A stretch of 54,279 nt of DNA from Flavobacteriales bacterium (GCA_031421755.1 JANOPI010000208.1:1-54279), one strand, 5' to 3'. Shown: positions 15,001-20,397, counted from the stretch's first letter. The notes: generated from the sequence alone by a model not told the origin. Program-made: numbers and translations.

Positions 15001-16872
15001 AACGCGGTAAGTGACGAACTCGTGATCACCTTTGGTGGTGGCCTCTCGGCGTCTGCTGGTGCGGATGTGGTCGCTTGCAGCACCGATCCCAACATCGCGT
15101 TGAACGGTGCGGTGGCCGGTATCATTACCGGTATCTGGAGCACCATGGGAACGGGTTCGTTCATGCCAAGTGCGTCTGCGCTGAACGCCACTTACGTTCC
15201 CGGTCCGGCGGACTTCGTGATCGGTAACATCTCGCTGATCCTCTCCACCACGGACAACCAAGGCTGTGCTGCTGGTCGCGACACAGTTGTGGTGAGCTAC
15301 CACGTGCCACCTACCGTGGATGCGGGTGCGAGTGTGCTCCTGTGCGATGGTCTGGAAGATGTTCAACTCAATGGTGCGGCGCAGAACGCGGACAGCGTGC
15401 AGTGGTTCTCCACGGGCACGGGCAGCTTCAGCCCAACGGCCGATGTGGCCGACGCGGTGTACACGCCAACGGCCAACGACAGCATCGTTGGAGGTGTGTA
15501 CCTCATCCTCACCGGATTCGGTGCGGGCACGTGCGGCAACACGAGCGACTCGCTCTTTGTGGACATCGGACCTGCGCGCATCGCCAACGCCGGCATCGAC
15601 CAGTCGATCTGTGCGGATGGTACCTCGATCCAACTGAACGGTGCGATCACAGGAGTAACGGGAGGTGTGTGGAGTACCACGGGTTCAGGAACGTTCCTGC
15701 CGGATTATGCGACGCTCGGCGCGGCCTATGCCCCAAGCGCTACGGACATGGTCTTCGGCCATTTGCAATTCGTGTTGACCACCACCGGCAATCTCGGCTG
15801 CGCGGCTGATACCGACACCATGATCGTCGTTTTGCAACAACTGCCCACAATACACGCTGGAGCGGACATCAATGTGTGTGATGCTTCCAGCGCTATCCAA
15901 TTGGGAGCAACTTCCACCGGAGCGGCGGGTGTGTTGTGGTCTTCCAACGGTGCGGGCGTCTTCCTGCCAAGCAACACCGATGCGAACGCGACCTACCAAC
16001 CGGGCGCTACGGATGAACAGCTCGGTACGGTGCGCATGATCGCCACAAGCACGGGCAATGGTGTCTGTGCCGCAGCAAGTGATACGCTCTTCCTCAGCTT
16101 CACCAACCCATTGCAAGCCGCGTTCACTTTGAACAATGCGTGCGCTGGTTCGGGAACGGTGTTCACTGATGCGAGCACCACCACGGGCGCACCGATCATC
16201 GGCTGGAGCTGGAGCTTCGGAAACGGCACCTCCGGCAGTGGACCTCAGACCACCAGCACGTTCGCTACACAGGGCCAGTACACCGCAACGCTCACCGTGT
16301 TCGCCCAGAATGGGTGCAGCAGTGCGGTAACGCAAGTCGTGGAGGTATTGAACGCACCGGTCGCCGCGTTCAGCATCGGTGGAGATGCATTTACGGACAG
16401 CCCGATCGCGTTCACGGACAGCTCCATGGGAGGCAGCAACTGGCAATATGACTTCGGGGATGGCAACGGGTCGTTGTTCCCGGAACCCGTGCATCATTAC
16501 ACAGAGCCAGGCCAATATGTGATCGTTCAAACGGTGACGAACACGGCGGGGTGCGTGGACCGCGATTCACTGCTCCTCAGCATCGAAGAAAAGGACATCG
16601 TGGCACCGAAACTTCCGAACGCCTTCAGTCCGAACGGAGATGGGGTGAACGATGTGTTCCTGGTGCGGGGTGGGCCTTTCGAGACGATCGAGCTGAAGAT
16701 CTACAATGGTTGGGGCGAACTGATCTTCGAAACGACGGACCCTGATTTCGGGTGGGATGGCAGGCATGATGACAGGCACGCGATAAACGGGGTATACGTG
16801 TATTCGGTGATCGCCACCACGGTGGATGGTGAACTGCACGACCGCTCGGGCAAAGTGACATTGGTACGCTAA
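1..16872 (+). CDS. Giant cell-surface repeat protein, 5'-truncated by the window edge (at least 5623 aa). It has an IgGFc-binding-like N-terminal domain fragment, 59 tandem ~88-aa Cys-pair Ig/PKD-like repeats, 2 PKD domains and a T9SS type B (CHU_C / gliding-motility-associated) C-terminal sorting domain. SprB-class adhesin.
   Basis: Frame 1 is open from nt 1 (TQVFIDGGTIP precedes the track start at 34), so the true start lies upstream. The stop is TAA at 16870-16872. N-terminal residues (GFGCEQGMAILPPLNC...CRYGFFSEFS) resemble the domain that opens CHU_C-type adhesins. The last ~85 aa (PNAFSPNGDGVNDVF...NGWGELIFE...WDG...GVYVYSV) match the type B CTD consensus. Confidence 0.9.
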   Translation, partial: TQVFIDGGTIPVATLFAGQYYRHDMDYLSGGANNATFVSGSKPLYAIHVTGFGCEQGMAILPPLNCAGSTNLSFTRSTNEAFFLNLLVRNGSQDDFVVSPATAAIPASAFLAVPGTGGQWMAARIQYNTTQIPVNQAFSVTNTTDVFSLAIINGGGTSGCRYGFFSEFSGRIDVSAGADQTLCASELVALSGSVSGGSTTGIWTSNGSGTFTPNATALNATYEPSVGDLALGTVTLTLTSTGNCTPEDDQMSVTFSPLPIPNAGLDQSICSNDPSVDLSGSVLNAIGGVWSGGAGSFLPATSNLNATYTPTAAEIVGGSLYIRLTTTGNGVCAAVQDSVLITFTPSPTVNAGMDQTRCANNAVAMLSGSFTVATGVSWSGGAGSFDPSTTNQNATYTPTPAEIASGSVTLTLTTTGNGNCLAVNDQITLTFTPGPTANAGANTSACANNAAINLNGSVTVATGGIWSGGTGVFTPNNTTLNATYTPTTSEIAAGSLTLTLTTMGNGTCLPATSSRTITFTPAPTVNAGANGTVCANNSAITLNGAVVGATGAVWSGGTGTYAPTSSTLNAVYTPSAAERSAGSVTLTLTTVGNGTCNAETAQVTYSITPEPTANAGSDRVVCANNAAVTLNGSFTIATGGVWSGGAGTFDPSTTNMNAIYTPSAAEIAGGNVTLTLTTTGNGGCAAVVDQMVMSFTPAAVVNAGAPVSVCANNAAVALNGSVTGATGGAWSGGAGNYAPNNTTLNASYTPTAGEIAAGTLTLTLTSTGNGTCLPVTSSLVITFTPAPVVNAGANSSVCANNSVIGLNGSVSGASCGTWSGGAGTYAPNNTTLNATYTPTAAERTAGIVTLTLTSTGNGNCNAVADQVNFTITPAPTANAGADQTLCSNNAVATLGGSFTTATGGVWSGGAGTFDPSTTNMNATYTPTAAEIATGTVTITLTTTGNGTCNQVADNITLNFTPSPVVNAGAAVSLCANNAQVALNGSVSIATGGIWSGGAGSFTPNNTTLNASYTPTTGEIAAGTLTLTLTSTGNGNCNAVAASRVITFTPAPVVNAGANASVCANNSAISLNGSVTGAAGGTWTGGAGTYAPNNTTLNGTYSPSAAERAAGTVTLTLTSAGNGNCNAVADQVTFIITPAPTANAGADQTLCSNNQVATLNGGFTVATGGVWSGGAGSFDPSTTNMNATYTPTAAEIANGSVLLTLTTTGNGTCDQVADNITLNFSPSPVVNAGADVSLCANNAAIALTGSVSVASGGVWTGGLGSFNPNNSTINATYTPTAAEIAAGTLTLTLTSTGNGTCSAVADSRVITFAPAPTVDAGANGTVCANNSAIPLNGAVTIATGAIWSGGTGTFSPNNSTLNATYTPSAAERTAGSVVLTLTSNGNGNCNPVSDQVTFSITPAPTVTAGADQTLCGNNANATLIGGYTVATGIIWTGGAGTFTPGNTAVNPVYTPTATEVANGSITLTATTTGVGSCTAVSDAMTLTFTPAPTANAGADVTLCANNASVALNGIISLAAGGVWSGGAGTYSPNNTALNGTYTPTAAELAGGILTLTLSTTGNGTCNAATDSRVITFTPAPIVNAGTNGTVCANASTITLNGTVSGAGGGIWSGGTGTFSPNNATPNATYVPSAAERTAGTVTLTLTSTGNGLCNAVNDAVTFAISPAPTANAGADQTLCSNSPVATLNGAYTVATGAVWSGGAGTFFPSTINMNATYTPTAAEIANGSVMLTLTTSGNGLCTAVGDNIIVNFTPSPTANAGADASVCVNNPVVALNGGVTIATGGIWSGGTGSFTPNNTALSGTYTPTAAELAAGTITLTLTTTGNGNCVAIADSRVITFTPAPLVNAGTNGTVCANAPLMSLNGSVIGATGAIWSAGAGTFTPNNTTLNATYAPTAAEITSGSVTFTLTSAGNGNCSAVTGQVTYMITPAPTANAGANISRCSNNANAALNGSVTVATGGVWSGGNGTFNPSNTNLGAVYTPSAAEIANGNVTLTLTTTGNGLCSAVTDNVLLTFTPAPTVNAGADVSICANNAVIALSGTVGGATGGVWSGGNGSFTPNNTTLNATYTPTPAEIANGILTLALSTTGNGNCSAVSDERVITFTPAPTVNAGVNGTVCANHSAITLAGSVAGATGGAWSGGAGTFAPNNTTLNAVYTPTVAERAAGSVNLTLASTGNGNCSAVSDQVLWTISPAPTANAGADQTLCANNTVATLTGGITIATGGVWSGGAGTFSPSNSNMNATYTPTAAEIANGNVTLTLTTTGNGLCNPVSDNIVLNYTPAPGVNAGVDASFCANNAAIALNGSVTIASGGIWSGGLGSFTPNNTTLNATYAPTPAEIAAGTLTLTLSSSGNNNCTAVSDSRVIIFTPAPTVNAGPNGTVCANNAAISLNGGITTATGAIWSGGTGAFSPTNSTLNANYTPSAAERTAGTVTLTLTTVGNGNCTAVNDQVTYSITPAPTANSGADRVLCANNASTGLSGAFSIATGGAWSGGNGTFDPSTTNMSAIYTPTAAEISAGSVTLTLTTTGNGLCNGVTDQVVLTFTDAPSANAGADVTRCANNAAVVLGGSVVTAAGGVWSGGAGTFAPNANTLNATYTPGAADIASGQITLTLTTTGNGNCTPASDTRVITYTPAPIVNAGANGVVCANAPLITLNGTVNGAVGGVWSGGAGVFSPNSITLNAAYTPTAAEIANGNVTLTLTSAGNGLCNAVADQVTFTITPAPTVNAGVDQTLCGNNANAVLNAAITVATGVQWSGGSGLYAPGSTAQNITYMPSPIEIANGSVTLTVTTTGNGNCGAVADQVTLTFTNAPMANAGADQTVSSNNANTTLAGTFSIATGIVWSGGAGTYNPNNTTTNAVYTPTNAEVAAGSVTLTMTTTGNGACAPSSDQMTIAFGAAPTANAGVDQTICANNASLVLNGQVAIATGGIWSGGTGTYTPSSGALNATYVPSAAEIASGTLTLTLTTVGNGNSNPVTDQMTVTIIPAPLVNAGSNLSVCANQSTAQLAGIVNHATGGVWSGGSGTFNPSNTNLNATYTPTPGEIAAGTVMLTLTSTGNGLCNAVSDQVVINIAPAPFVNAGLDATVCSNNAAVQLAAMVTNAGGGIWSGGTGGFSPSITALNAVYTPSTTELNNGSVTLSLTSTGNGTCAQVTDQVFIVFTQTPAVNAGADVTVCANGAMVNLNGSVTIAGGGIWSGGGGTFSPNANTLNATYAPSPAEVALGTATLTLTSTQNGLCNPVSDALTITIIAAPVANAGNNIFVCSNNANVQLGGSVSGAGGGQWSGGAGNFTPSIASLNAVYTPTPVEIAAGTLTLTLTTIGNGNCVPVSDNVLITFTASPTAEAGTGAMFCANNASIQLNGSVTVANGGAWSGAQGSFSPNANNLSAVYTPSVGELAAGSVTLTLTTTGNNGCTSVSDQVTYTFTPAPTANAGMDLNSCANSAIVQLNGAVTVATGGLWTGGTGGFSPNGGTLNATYTPSAAEIAAGTAALTLSTVGNGICSAVSDQVVITIAPAPIVDAGSNQSVCANNATLQLNGSVLNATGGTWSGGGTFSPASSALNVSYTPSAAEIAAGLATLTLTSTGNGLCNGVSDQVVITITPAPVAEAGAGAVYCVNNANIQLAGSITVANGGTWSGAQGTFNPHANALNAVYTPSMGELAAGSVTITLTSTGNNGCVAVSDQVTYTFTPAPTVSAGVDLSSCANNAAVQLTGAITVATGGLWSGGTGTFNPNNSTLNASYTPSATEISSGTATLTLTTVGNGLCNAVSDQVSIIIAPSPIVDAGAAIQVCANNTDAQLNGSVLNSTGAIWNGTGTFSPNATTLNAIYTPTAAEVTAGSAVITLTSTGNGLCTAVSDNVSITFTPAPLVEAGVPQTLCANYAALQLAGSVSGSTGGNWSGGAGTFAPNASALNGVYTPSNAEITSGSLWLFLSSTGNGGCNAAHDSVQVLFTPAPTVNAGADAHVCASDAEVGLNGAVTVATGGIWMGGDGVFVPDNTTLNAAYTPSLGEIAAGEVTLVLKSTGIGNCIAEQDNMVISIDPVPVVNAGPDQSICANNPSLELNGFVGNAPGAIWSGGNGTYVSGTNSTATQYQPTAAEIASGSITFMLTTTGTAICNAMSDQMTVTFTGAPIVDAGPDLAICANNSAVQLTGNVTNANGGVWSGGNGTYAPSNSVFAPVYTPTAAEIASGSTTLTLTSTGNSNCFVEDDQVLITFTPAPVVNAGIDVDVCENNPIVTLSGSITGATGGLWSGGLGTFSPDANTLNAQYTLTPFELQQGSVTLTVTSTGNGNCLAVNDQVTIDVTPAPLVNAGADITACSNELDVPLNGTVGAGATTGEWSTSGTGTFIPNANILNANYIASSLDSLNGSVELALTSTNNGLCTSVSDMLTLTILPNAIASAGMDQSVCASETTVALNGTIIGNATQGTWTTNGAGSFAPNADAANAVYTIAPSDGLSGTVTFTWSVNSCDNAMDQMTLTIVPESQANAGNDLVVCVDDLDVLINGSVSGAFTTGVWSTLGTGTFQNTTSALANIYNASVQDSLTTGVDLILTATGTSVCPAAVDTLHIDILPFGTVNAGPDLSYCANNAVVQLNGSLVGDANGIQWSTSGTGQYFPNNAVLTPTYIPSAADTINGSVTLVLSALNSCNAATDAMVLELTPAPVVSAGPDQTYCNQVTSFDLNGTISGITSTGIWSTTGTGTIGNTGLLNTTYAASAADVDAGEISFTLTSLNNANCSAVTEQMTMYLTDGLAADAGPDQSVCVLGTFAQLQGDIINGSPSGLWSASGSGSFVPGPDVLNAQYHFSAADVTNGSVVLTLLSTNTGTCPPVQDQLVLTFGNTSFAFAGDDQVVCANSPLVELNANFSGGAQGVQWSSNGSGFFSNTTAADASYTLSAADLADGTVQLTLTTITNGACLPVSDVLTVGVHALPQINAGADLVACTAEAVQLIANALNAPSGTWSSSGTGSFLNADALTTLYTPSAADSTAGSITLTVTTTGVDPCNAVSDELVITFGGGLSASAGADVVACSTDPNIALNGAVAGIITGIWSTMGTGSFMPSASALNATYVPGPADFVIGNISLILSTTDNQGCAAGRDTVVVSYHVPPTVDAGASVLLCDGLEDVQLNGAAQNADSVQWFSTGTGSFSPTADVADAVYTPTANDSIVGGVYLILTGFGAGTCGNTSDSLFVDIGPARIANAGIDQSICADGTSIQLNGAITGVTGGVWSTTGSGTFLPDYATLGAAYAPSATDMVFGHLQFVLTTTGNLGCAADTDTMIVVLQQLPTIHAGADINVCDASSAIQLGATSTGAAGVLWSSNGAGVFLPSNTDANATYQPGATDEQLGTVRMIATSTGNGVCAAASDTLFLSFTNPLQAAFTLNNACAGSGTVFTDASTTTGAPIIGWSWSFGNGTSGSGPQTTSTFATQGQYTATLTVFAQNGCSSAVTQVVEVLNAPVAAFSIGGDAFTDSPIAFTDSSMGGSNWQYDFGDGNGSLFPEPVHHYTEPGQYVIVQTVTNTAGCVDRDSLLLSIEEKDIVAPKLPNAFSPNGDGVNDVFLVRGGPFETIELKIYNGWGELIFETTDPDFGWDGRHDDRHAINGVYVYSVIATTVDGELHDRSGKVTLVR
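1048..8175 (+). repeat. Higher-order super-repeat: 9 copies of a 792-bp block made of three unit subtypes (A, B, C).
   Basis: Units 3-29 cycle through three subtypes. Subtype A carries FDPSTTNMNATYTPTAAEIA, subtype B carries SFTPNNTTLNA.YTPT..EIAAGTLTLTL, and subtype C carries NGTVCAN.S.I.LNG...AER.AG. All 27 units are exactly 88 aa (27 x 264 = 7128 nt). Nt 2341-2400 and 3133-3192 (offset 792) match at 59 of 60 positions. Confidence 0.85.
10024..11601 (+). repeat. Second, independent three-unit duplication (2 x 789 bp).
   Basis: Units 37-39 and 40-42 both follow the pattern EAG..(F/Y)C.NNA.IQL...WSGAQG.F, then (N/S)AG.DL.SCAN, then DAG....VCANN..., with the third unit 87 aa in both copies. 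Boundaries at 10024, 10813 and 11602 checked on the DNA. Confidence 0.8.
16120..16590 (+). other. Two PKD-like domains inside the giant protein.
   Basis: AFTLNNACAGSGTVFTDAS...WSWSFGNGTSGSG...GQYTATLTV and AAFSIGG...WQYDFGDGNGS...HHYTEPGQYVIVQTVTN carry the WxFGDG...Y...G.Y.V.L PKD signature. Confidence 0.75.
16615..16869 (+). other. T9SS type B C-terminal sorting domain (CHU_C / gliding motility-associated C-terminal domain).
   Basis: The motif string is PNAFSPNGDGVNDVFLVRG...IELKIYNGWGELIFETTDPDFGWDGR...INGVYVYSVIATTVDGE...GKVTLVR. Confidence 0.85.
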
Positions 16873-16884
16873 GCGAGAAGGACC

Positions 16885-17874
16885 ATGAGAACCATGAACC
16901 ACGAGATCCTGACAGTGTTCGCACTGATCAGCACGGGAACGCTGAGCGCGCAGGACGGCCAGCTATCGCAGTTTGATGCGGCGCCGGTGATGCTGAATCC
17001 CGCATTGACGGGAATGTACGAGAACGCGGACTTCCGCATGAGCAGCAATGTGCGCAGCCAGTGGAGCAGCCTTTCCAGCAACTTCCTCACTACGGCATTC
17101 GCATACGATGTCTCGATGCAACGAAGGTTCGGCTTTGGCAGCTACCTGAGCAATTACAACATGTCAGGCATCATGAACACGTTCCAAGCCGGGCTCACAG
17201 GCGCATACAATGTGATGGACAGCAAGTCGGACCAAACACTGTCGGCCGGGGTCAACCTGGGGATGATCTACAAGAAGATCAACGATCAGCAATTGGTCTG
17301 GGACGCGCAGTATGATGATGGGAACTTCAACACGGATCTGCCATCGGGCGAGATGCTGCAGCAAGGACGAAGGTTGATGCCGGAGTTGTCCTTTGGGGTC
17401 GCCTACCGCAGCACGGCCCCCCGGAAGCGGATCAATCCGTTCGGCAACTTCGCGATATTCCATGTCACCACTCCGGATGAATCGATCTTCCGGATGGAAC
17501 AAAGCGACTTGCACATCCGCTATTCAATGAACGCCGGGGTACGCGTGAAAGTGATAGAGCAACTTTACCTGGTGCCCCAAGGGGTGTATATGCGACAAGG
17601 GAACGACCAGCTCATCCATGCGGGTATGCTCGGCGAGTTCAACATCGGAGGGTCGATGTACAGCGTCGTGGGAGGGGGATCATATCGTTGGAACGACGCT
17701 ATCGTGGCGCAGGTGGGCCTGAAACACAAGAGTGCGATGTACCGGTTCAGCTACGATGTGAACACATCCCCGCTGAGTTCCTACACGAACAGGAACGGCG
17801 CGTATGAATTTTCGATCGTTTACTACGGCACCCATTCGGGGCGCGAACGCCGGGTGAAGAGCGGCAGCTTCTGA
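16885..17874 (+). CDS. PorP/SprF-family T9SS outer-membrane protein, the likely cognate partner of the upstream type B cargo.
   Basis: It starts 12 nt after the giant gene's stop, with AGGA 5 nt upstream of the ATG. The N-terminus has a signal peptide followed by AQDGQLSQFDAAPVMLNPALTG, typical of the PorP/SprF family. An alternative start is at 16894 (MNHEIL). Confidence 0.8.
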   Translation: MRTMNHEILTVFALISTGTLSAQDGQLSQFDAAPVMLNPALTGMYENADFRMSSNVRSQWSSLSSNFLTTAFAYDVSMQRRFGFGSYLSNYNMSGIMNTFQAGLTGAYNVMDSKSDQTLSAGVNLGMIYKKINDQQLVWDAQYDDGNFNTDLPSGEMLQQGRRLMPELSFGVAYRSTAPRKRINPFGNFAIFHVTTPDESIFRMEQSDLHIRYSMNAGVRVKVIEQLYLVPQGVYMRQGNDQLIHAGMLGEFNIGGSMYSVVGGGSYRWNDAIVAQVGLKHKSAMYRFSYDVNTSPLSSYTNRNGAYEFSIVYYGTHSGRERRVKSGSF

Positions 17875-18756
17875 TCAACCCTTCAGCGCCTCAGCCCCGC
17901 CTACGATCTCCAGGATCTCGTTGGTGATGGCCGCCTGCCTCGCTTTGTTGTAGGAGAGCTTCAAGCCCTTCAACAGCGCATCCGCGTTGTCCGTTGCCTT
18001 GTGCATGGCCGTCATCCGGGCACCGTGTTCCGATGCGTGGCTATCGAGCAATGCCTTGTAGAGTTGGATCTTCAGGCTCTTGGGGATGATGTTCTGCACG
18101 ATCTCCTCACGGCTGGGCTCCATGATGTAGTCGGCACGAACCGTCTTCTCGGTGTTCGATCTGGCTGGCGGAGCTACCGGCAGGTAGGGCTCTTCAGCGA
18201 GCACCTGCATGGCCGCGTTCTTGAATTTGTTGTAGATCAGCACCACGTGATCGTAGGTGCCGTCAGCGAAGAGCTTCATGATCAGCTCAGCCTTGGGCAC
18301 CACCTTCTCGAAGTTGAGCCCGTCGTAGAGGGAGGCCCCATCCGTAGGCAGGTCGGGGTTGAAGTATTTCGTTCGGCGATAGGTATCCATCGCCTTTTTC
18401 CCCAAAGGCAATACATGAACACTCTTGCCTTCGCCTTCGTACTTGGCGGCCAGGCGGCGGATGCTGCGGTAGACCTGCGTGTTGAATGCACCGGCCAGGC
18501 CACGGTTGCTCACGATGGCCACGAGCAACACTTTTTTCACTTCACGCTGCTGGCTGTAAACGCCCTCATTGCCTTCCAGCGAAGCGCTCACATTGCTCAG
18601 GATGCTTTGCAGCTTCTCGGCGTAAGGGCGCATGCGCACAATAGCATCCTGGGCGCGGCGGAGCTTGGCAGCGCTCACCATTTTCATGGCGGCGGTGATC
18701 TGCTTGGTGCTATTTACCGAGACGATCCGGTTGCGGACTTCCTTCAGGTTTGGCAT
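17875..18756 (-). CDS. atpG: F0F1 ATP synthase subunit gamma.
   Basis: N-terminus MPNLKEVRNRIVSVNSTKQITAAMKMVSAAKLRRAQ and C-terminus ITNEILEIVGGAEALKG. It sits downstream of atpA. Confidence 0.95.
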   Translation of the reverse strand: MPNLKEVRNRIVSVNSTKQITAAMKMVSAAKLRRAQDAIVRMRPYAEKLQSILSNVSASLEGNEGVYSQQREVKKVLLVAIVSNRGLAGAFNTQVYRSIRRLAAKYEGEGKSVHVLPLGKKAMDTYRRTKYFNPDLPTDGASLYDGLNFEKVVPKAELIMKLFADGTYDHVVLIYNKFKNAAMQVLAEEPYLPVAPPARSNTEKTVRADYIMEPSREEIVQNIIPKSLKIQLYKALLDSHASEHGARMTAMHKATDNADALLKGLKLSYNKARQAAITNEILEIVGGAEALKG

Positions 18757-18774
18757 TTCCTATTGCGCGTTGCG

Positions 18775-18808
18775 CCCCTCTCCCCGGGAGAGGGGTTGGG
18801 GTGAGGGT
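18775..18808 (+). repeat. Family-1 GC-rich palindromic element, intergenic copy between atpG and atpA.
   Basis: The sequence is CCCCTCTCCCCGGGAGAGGGG followed by TTGGGGTGAGGG. The 10-bp arms are perfectly complementary. It fills most of the 51-nt spacer. Confidence 0.8.
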
Positions 18809-20385
18809 CAGGCGTAACTCTTCACCAGGTCCGCGCCCACTTTCTCCAGCACGCTGGTAAGGCTGTCATCGAATTTCCCGGCCTTAAGAGCGGCGAGCGT
18901 ATCGCTGTGCTTGCTGCGCAGCATCGTGAGGAATTCGACCTCGAACTCTTTCACCTTACCCAACGGCACTTTGCCGAGGAGGCCCTTGGTGCCGAGGTAG
19001 ATGATGGCGATCTGCTCTTCCACGCGCATCGGGCTGTTCTGCCCTTGCTTCAGGATCTCCACGTTGCGCGCGCCCTTGTCGAGCGTGGCCTTTGTGGTGG
19101 CGTCGAGGTCGGACCCGAACTTGCTGAACGCTTCCAGTTCGCGGTAAGCGGCCTGGTCGAGTTTCAGCGTACCGGCCACCTTCTTCATCGACTTGATCTG
19201 CGCGTTACCACCCACGCGGCTCACGCTGATACCCACGTTGATCGCCGGGCGCACACCACTGAGGAAGAGGGTGCTTTCCAGGAAGATCTGTCCGTCGGTG
19301 ATCGAGATCACGTTCGTAGGGATGTAAGCGGATACGTCACCGGCCTGCGTTTCAATGATCGGCAGGGCAGTAAGGGAACCACCGCCTTTCACCTTGCCTT
19401 TCAGCGAAGCGGGCAGGTCGTTCATCTGGCTGGCCACCGTGTTGTCCTCGGTCACCTTGGCCGCGCGCTCCAACAAGCGGCTGTGCAGGTAGAACACGTC
19501 ACCCGGGTAGGCTTCGCGTCCCGGTGGGCGGCGCAGGAGCAGGGACACTTCGCGGTAGGCTACTGCCTGCTTGGAGAGATCATCATAAATGATCAGCGCG
19601 GGGCGACCTGTATCGCGGAAGAACTCGCCGATGGCCGCACCGGTGAAGGGCGCGTAGAACTGCATCGGAGCGGGGTCGCTGGCGTTGGCGGCCACCACGG
19701 TGGTATAGGCCATGGCGCCATTCTCTTCGAGCGTTTTCACCGTACCGGCTACCGTGGATCCTTTCTGGCCGATGGCCACATAGATGCAGTATACGGGCTT
19801 GCCGGCCTCGTAGAATTCCTTCTGGTTGATGATGGTATCGATGGCCACCGTGCTCTTCCCGGTCTGGCGGTCACCGATGATCAGCTCGCGTTGGCCGCGG
19901 CCCACGGGGATCATGGCGTCGATGGCCTTGATACCCGTCTGCAACGGCTCCGTAACAGGCTGGCGGTAGATAACGCCCGGTGCTTTGCGCTCCAAGGGCA
20001 TCTCGAACAGCTCACCGGTGATCGGGCCTTTGCCGTCGATCGGTTCGCCGAGGGTGTTCACAACGCGGCCCACGATGCCTTCGCCGGTATTGATGCTGGC
20101 GATGCGCCTGGTGCGCTTCACGGTATCGCCTTCTTTGATACCCACGGAAGGCCCGAGCAGCACGGCGCCCACGTTGTCCTCTTCCAAGTTGAGCACGATG
20201 CCGCGCAGGCCGCTGTTGAACTCGATGAGTTCCCCGCTCTGCACGCCTTTCAGGCCGTAGATGCGGGCGATGCCATCACCTACCTGCAGCACGGTACCTA
20301 CCTCCTCGAGCTCGGCTTCCGTGCGGAAGCCGGCGAGTTCTTGTTTCAGGATCGCCGTCACTTCGGCGGGTTGCACTTGGGCCAT
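18808..20385 (-). CDS. atpA: F0F1 ATP synthase subunit alpha.
   Basis: Walker A motif GDRQTGKST, 525 aa, with conserved alpha-subunit blocks throughout. Confidence 0.95.
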   Translation of the reverse strand: MAQVQPAEVTAILKQELAGFRTEAELEEVGTVLQVGDGIARIYGLKGVQSGELIEFNSGLRGIVLNLEEDNVGAVLLGPSVGIKEGDTVKRTRRIASINTGEGIVGRVVNTLGEPIDGKGPITGELFEMPLERKAPGVIYRQPVTEPLQTGIKAIDAMIPVGRGQRELIIGDRQTGKSTVAIDTIINQKEFYEAGKPVYCIYVAIGQKGSTVAGTVKTLEENGAMAYTTVVAANASDPAPMQFYAPFTGAAIGEFFRDTGRPALIIYDDLSKQAVAYREVSLLLRRPPGREAYPGDVFYLHSRLLERAAKVTEDNTVASQMNDLPASLKGKVKGGGSLTALPIIETQAGDVSAYIPTNVISITDGQIFLESTLFLSGVRPAINVGISVSRVGGNAQIKSMKKVAGTLKLDQAAYRELEAFSKFGSDLDATTKATLDKGARNVEILKQGQNSPMRVEEQIAIIYLGTKGLLGKVPLGKVKEFEVEFLTMLRSKHSDTLAALKAGKFDDSLTSVLEKVGADLVKSYA

Positions 20386-20397
20386 CTTGCAAAAACG

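Larger units (their letters stand above)
523..16119 (+). repeat. Coding tandem array of 59 units of ~264 bp (87-90 aa, mostly exactly 88 aa).
   Basis: I enumerated the units by hand from the translation. The unit consensus is NAGxDQxxCANNxxxxLNGSVxxATGGxWSGGxGTFxPNxxxLNATYTPxxAEIAxGxVTLTLTxTGNGxCxAVxDxVxITFTPAPxV. Unit boundaries checked on the DNA at 523, 784, 1048, 8176, 10024, 10813 and 11602. Confidence 0.9.

Noticed and set aside
523-16119. The regular 264-bp periodicity could suggest a CRISPR-like or satellite array.
   Set aside because: There is no repeat/spacer alternation. The period is a multiple of 3, a single ORF stays open throughout, and the units diverge as protein domains. 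It is a coding tandem repeat.
132-16530. Dozens of alternate-frame and minus-strand ORFs inside the giant gene. Examples are 955..2070, 3301..4233, 4990..6363, 6385..7614 and 10012..11124, plus the recurring 83-aa minus-strand ORFs spaced 792 nt apart.
   Set aside because: They are shadow ORFs of a high-GC, highly repetitive coding region. Their periodicity simply mirrors the + strand repeats, their sequences are Arg/Gly/His-rich or low-complexity, and the + strand frame carries clear domain signatures end to end.
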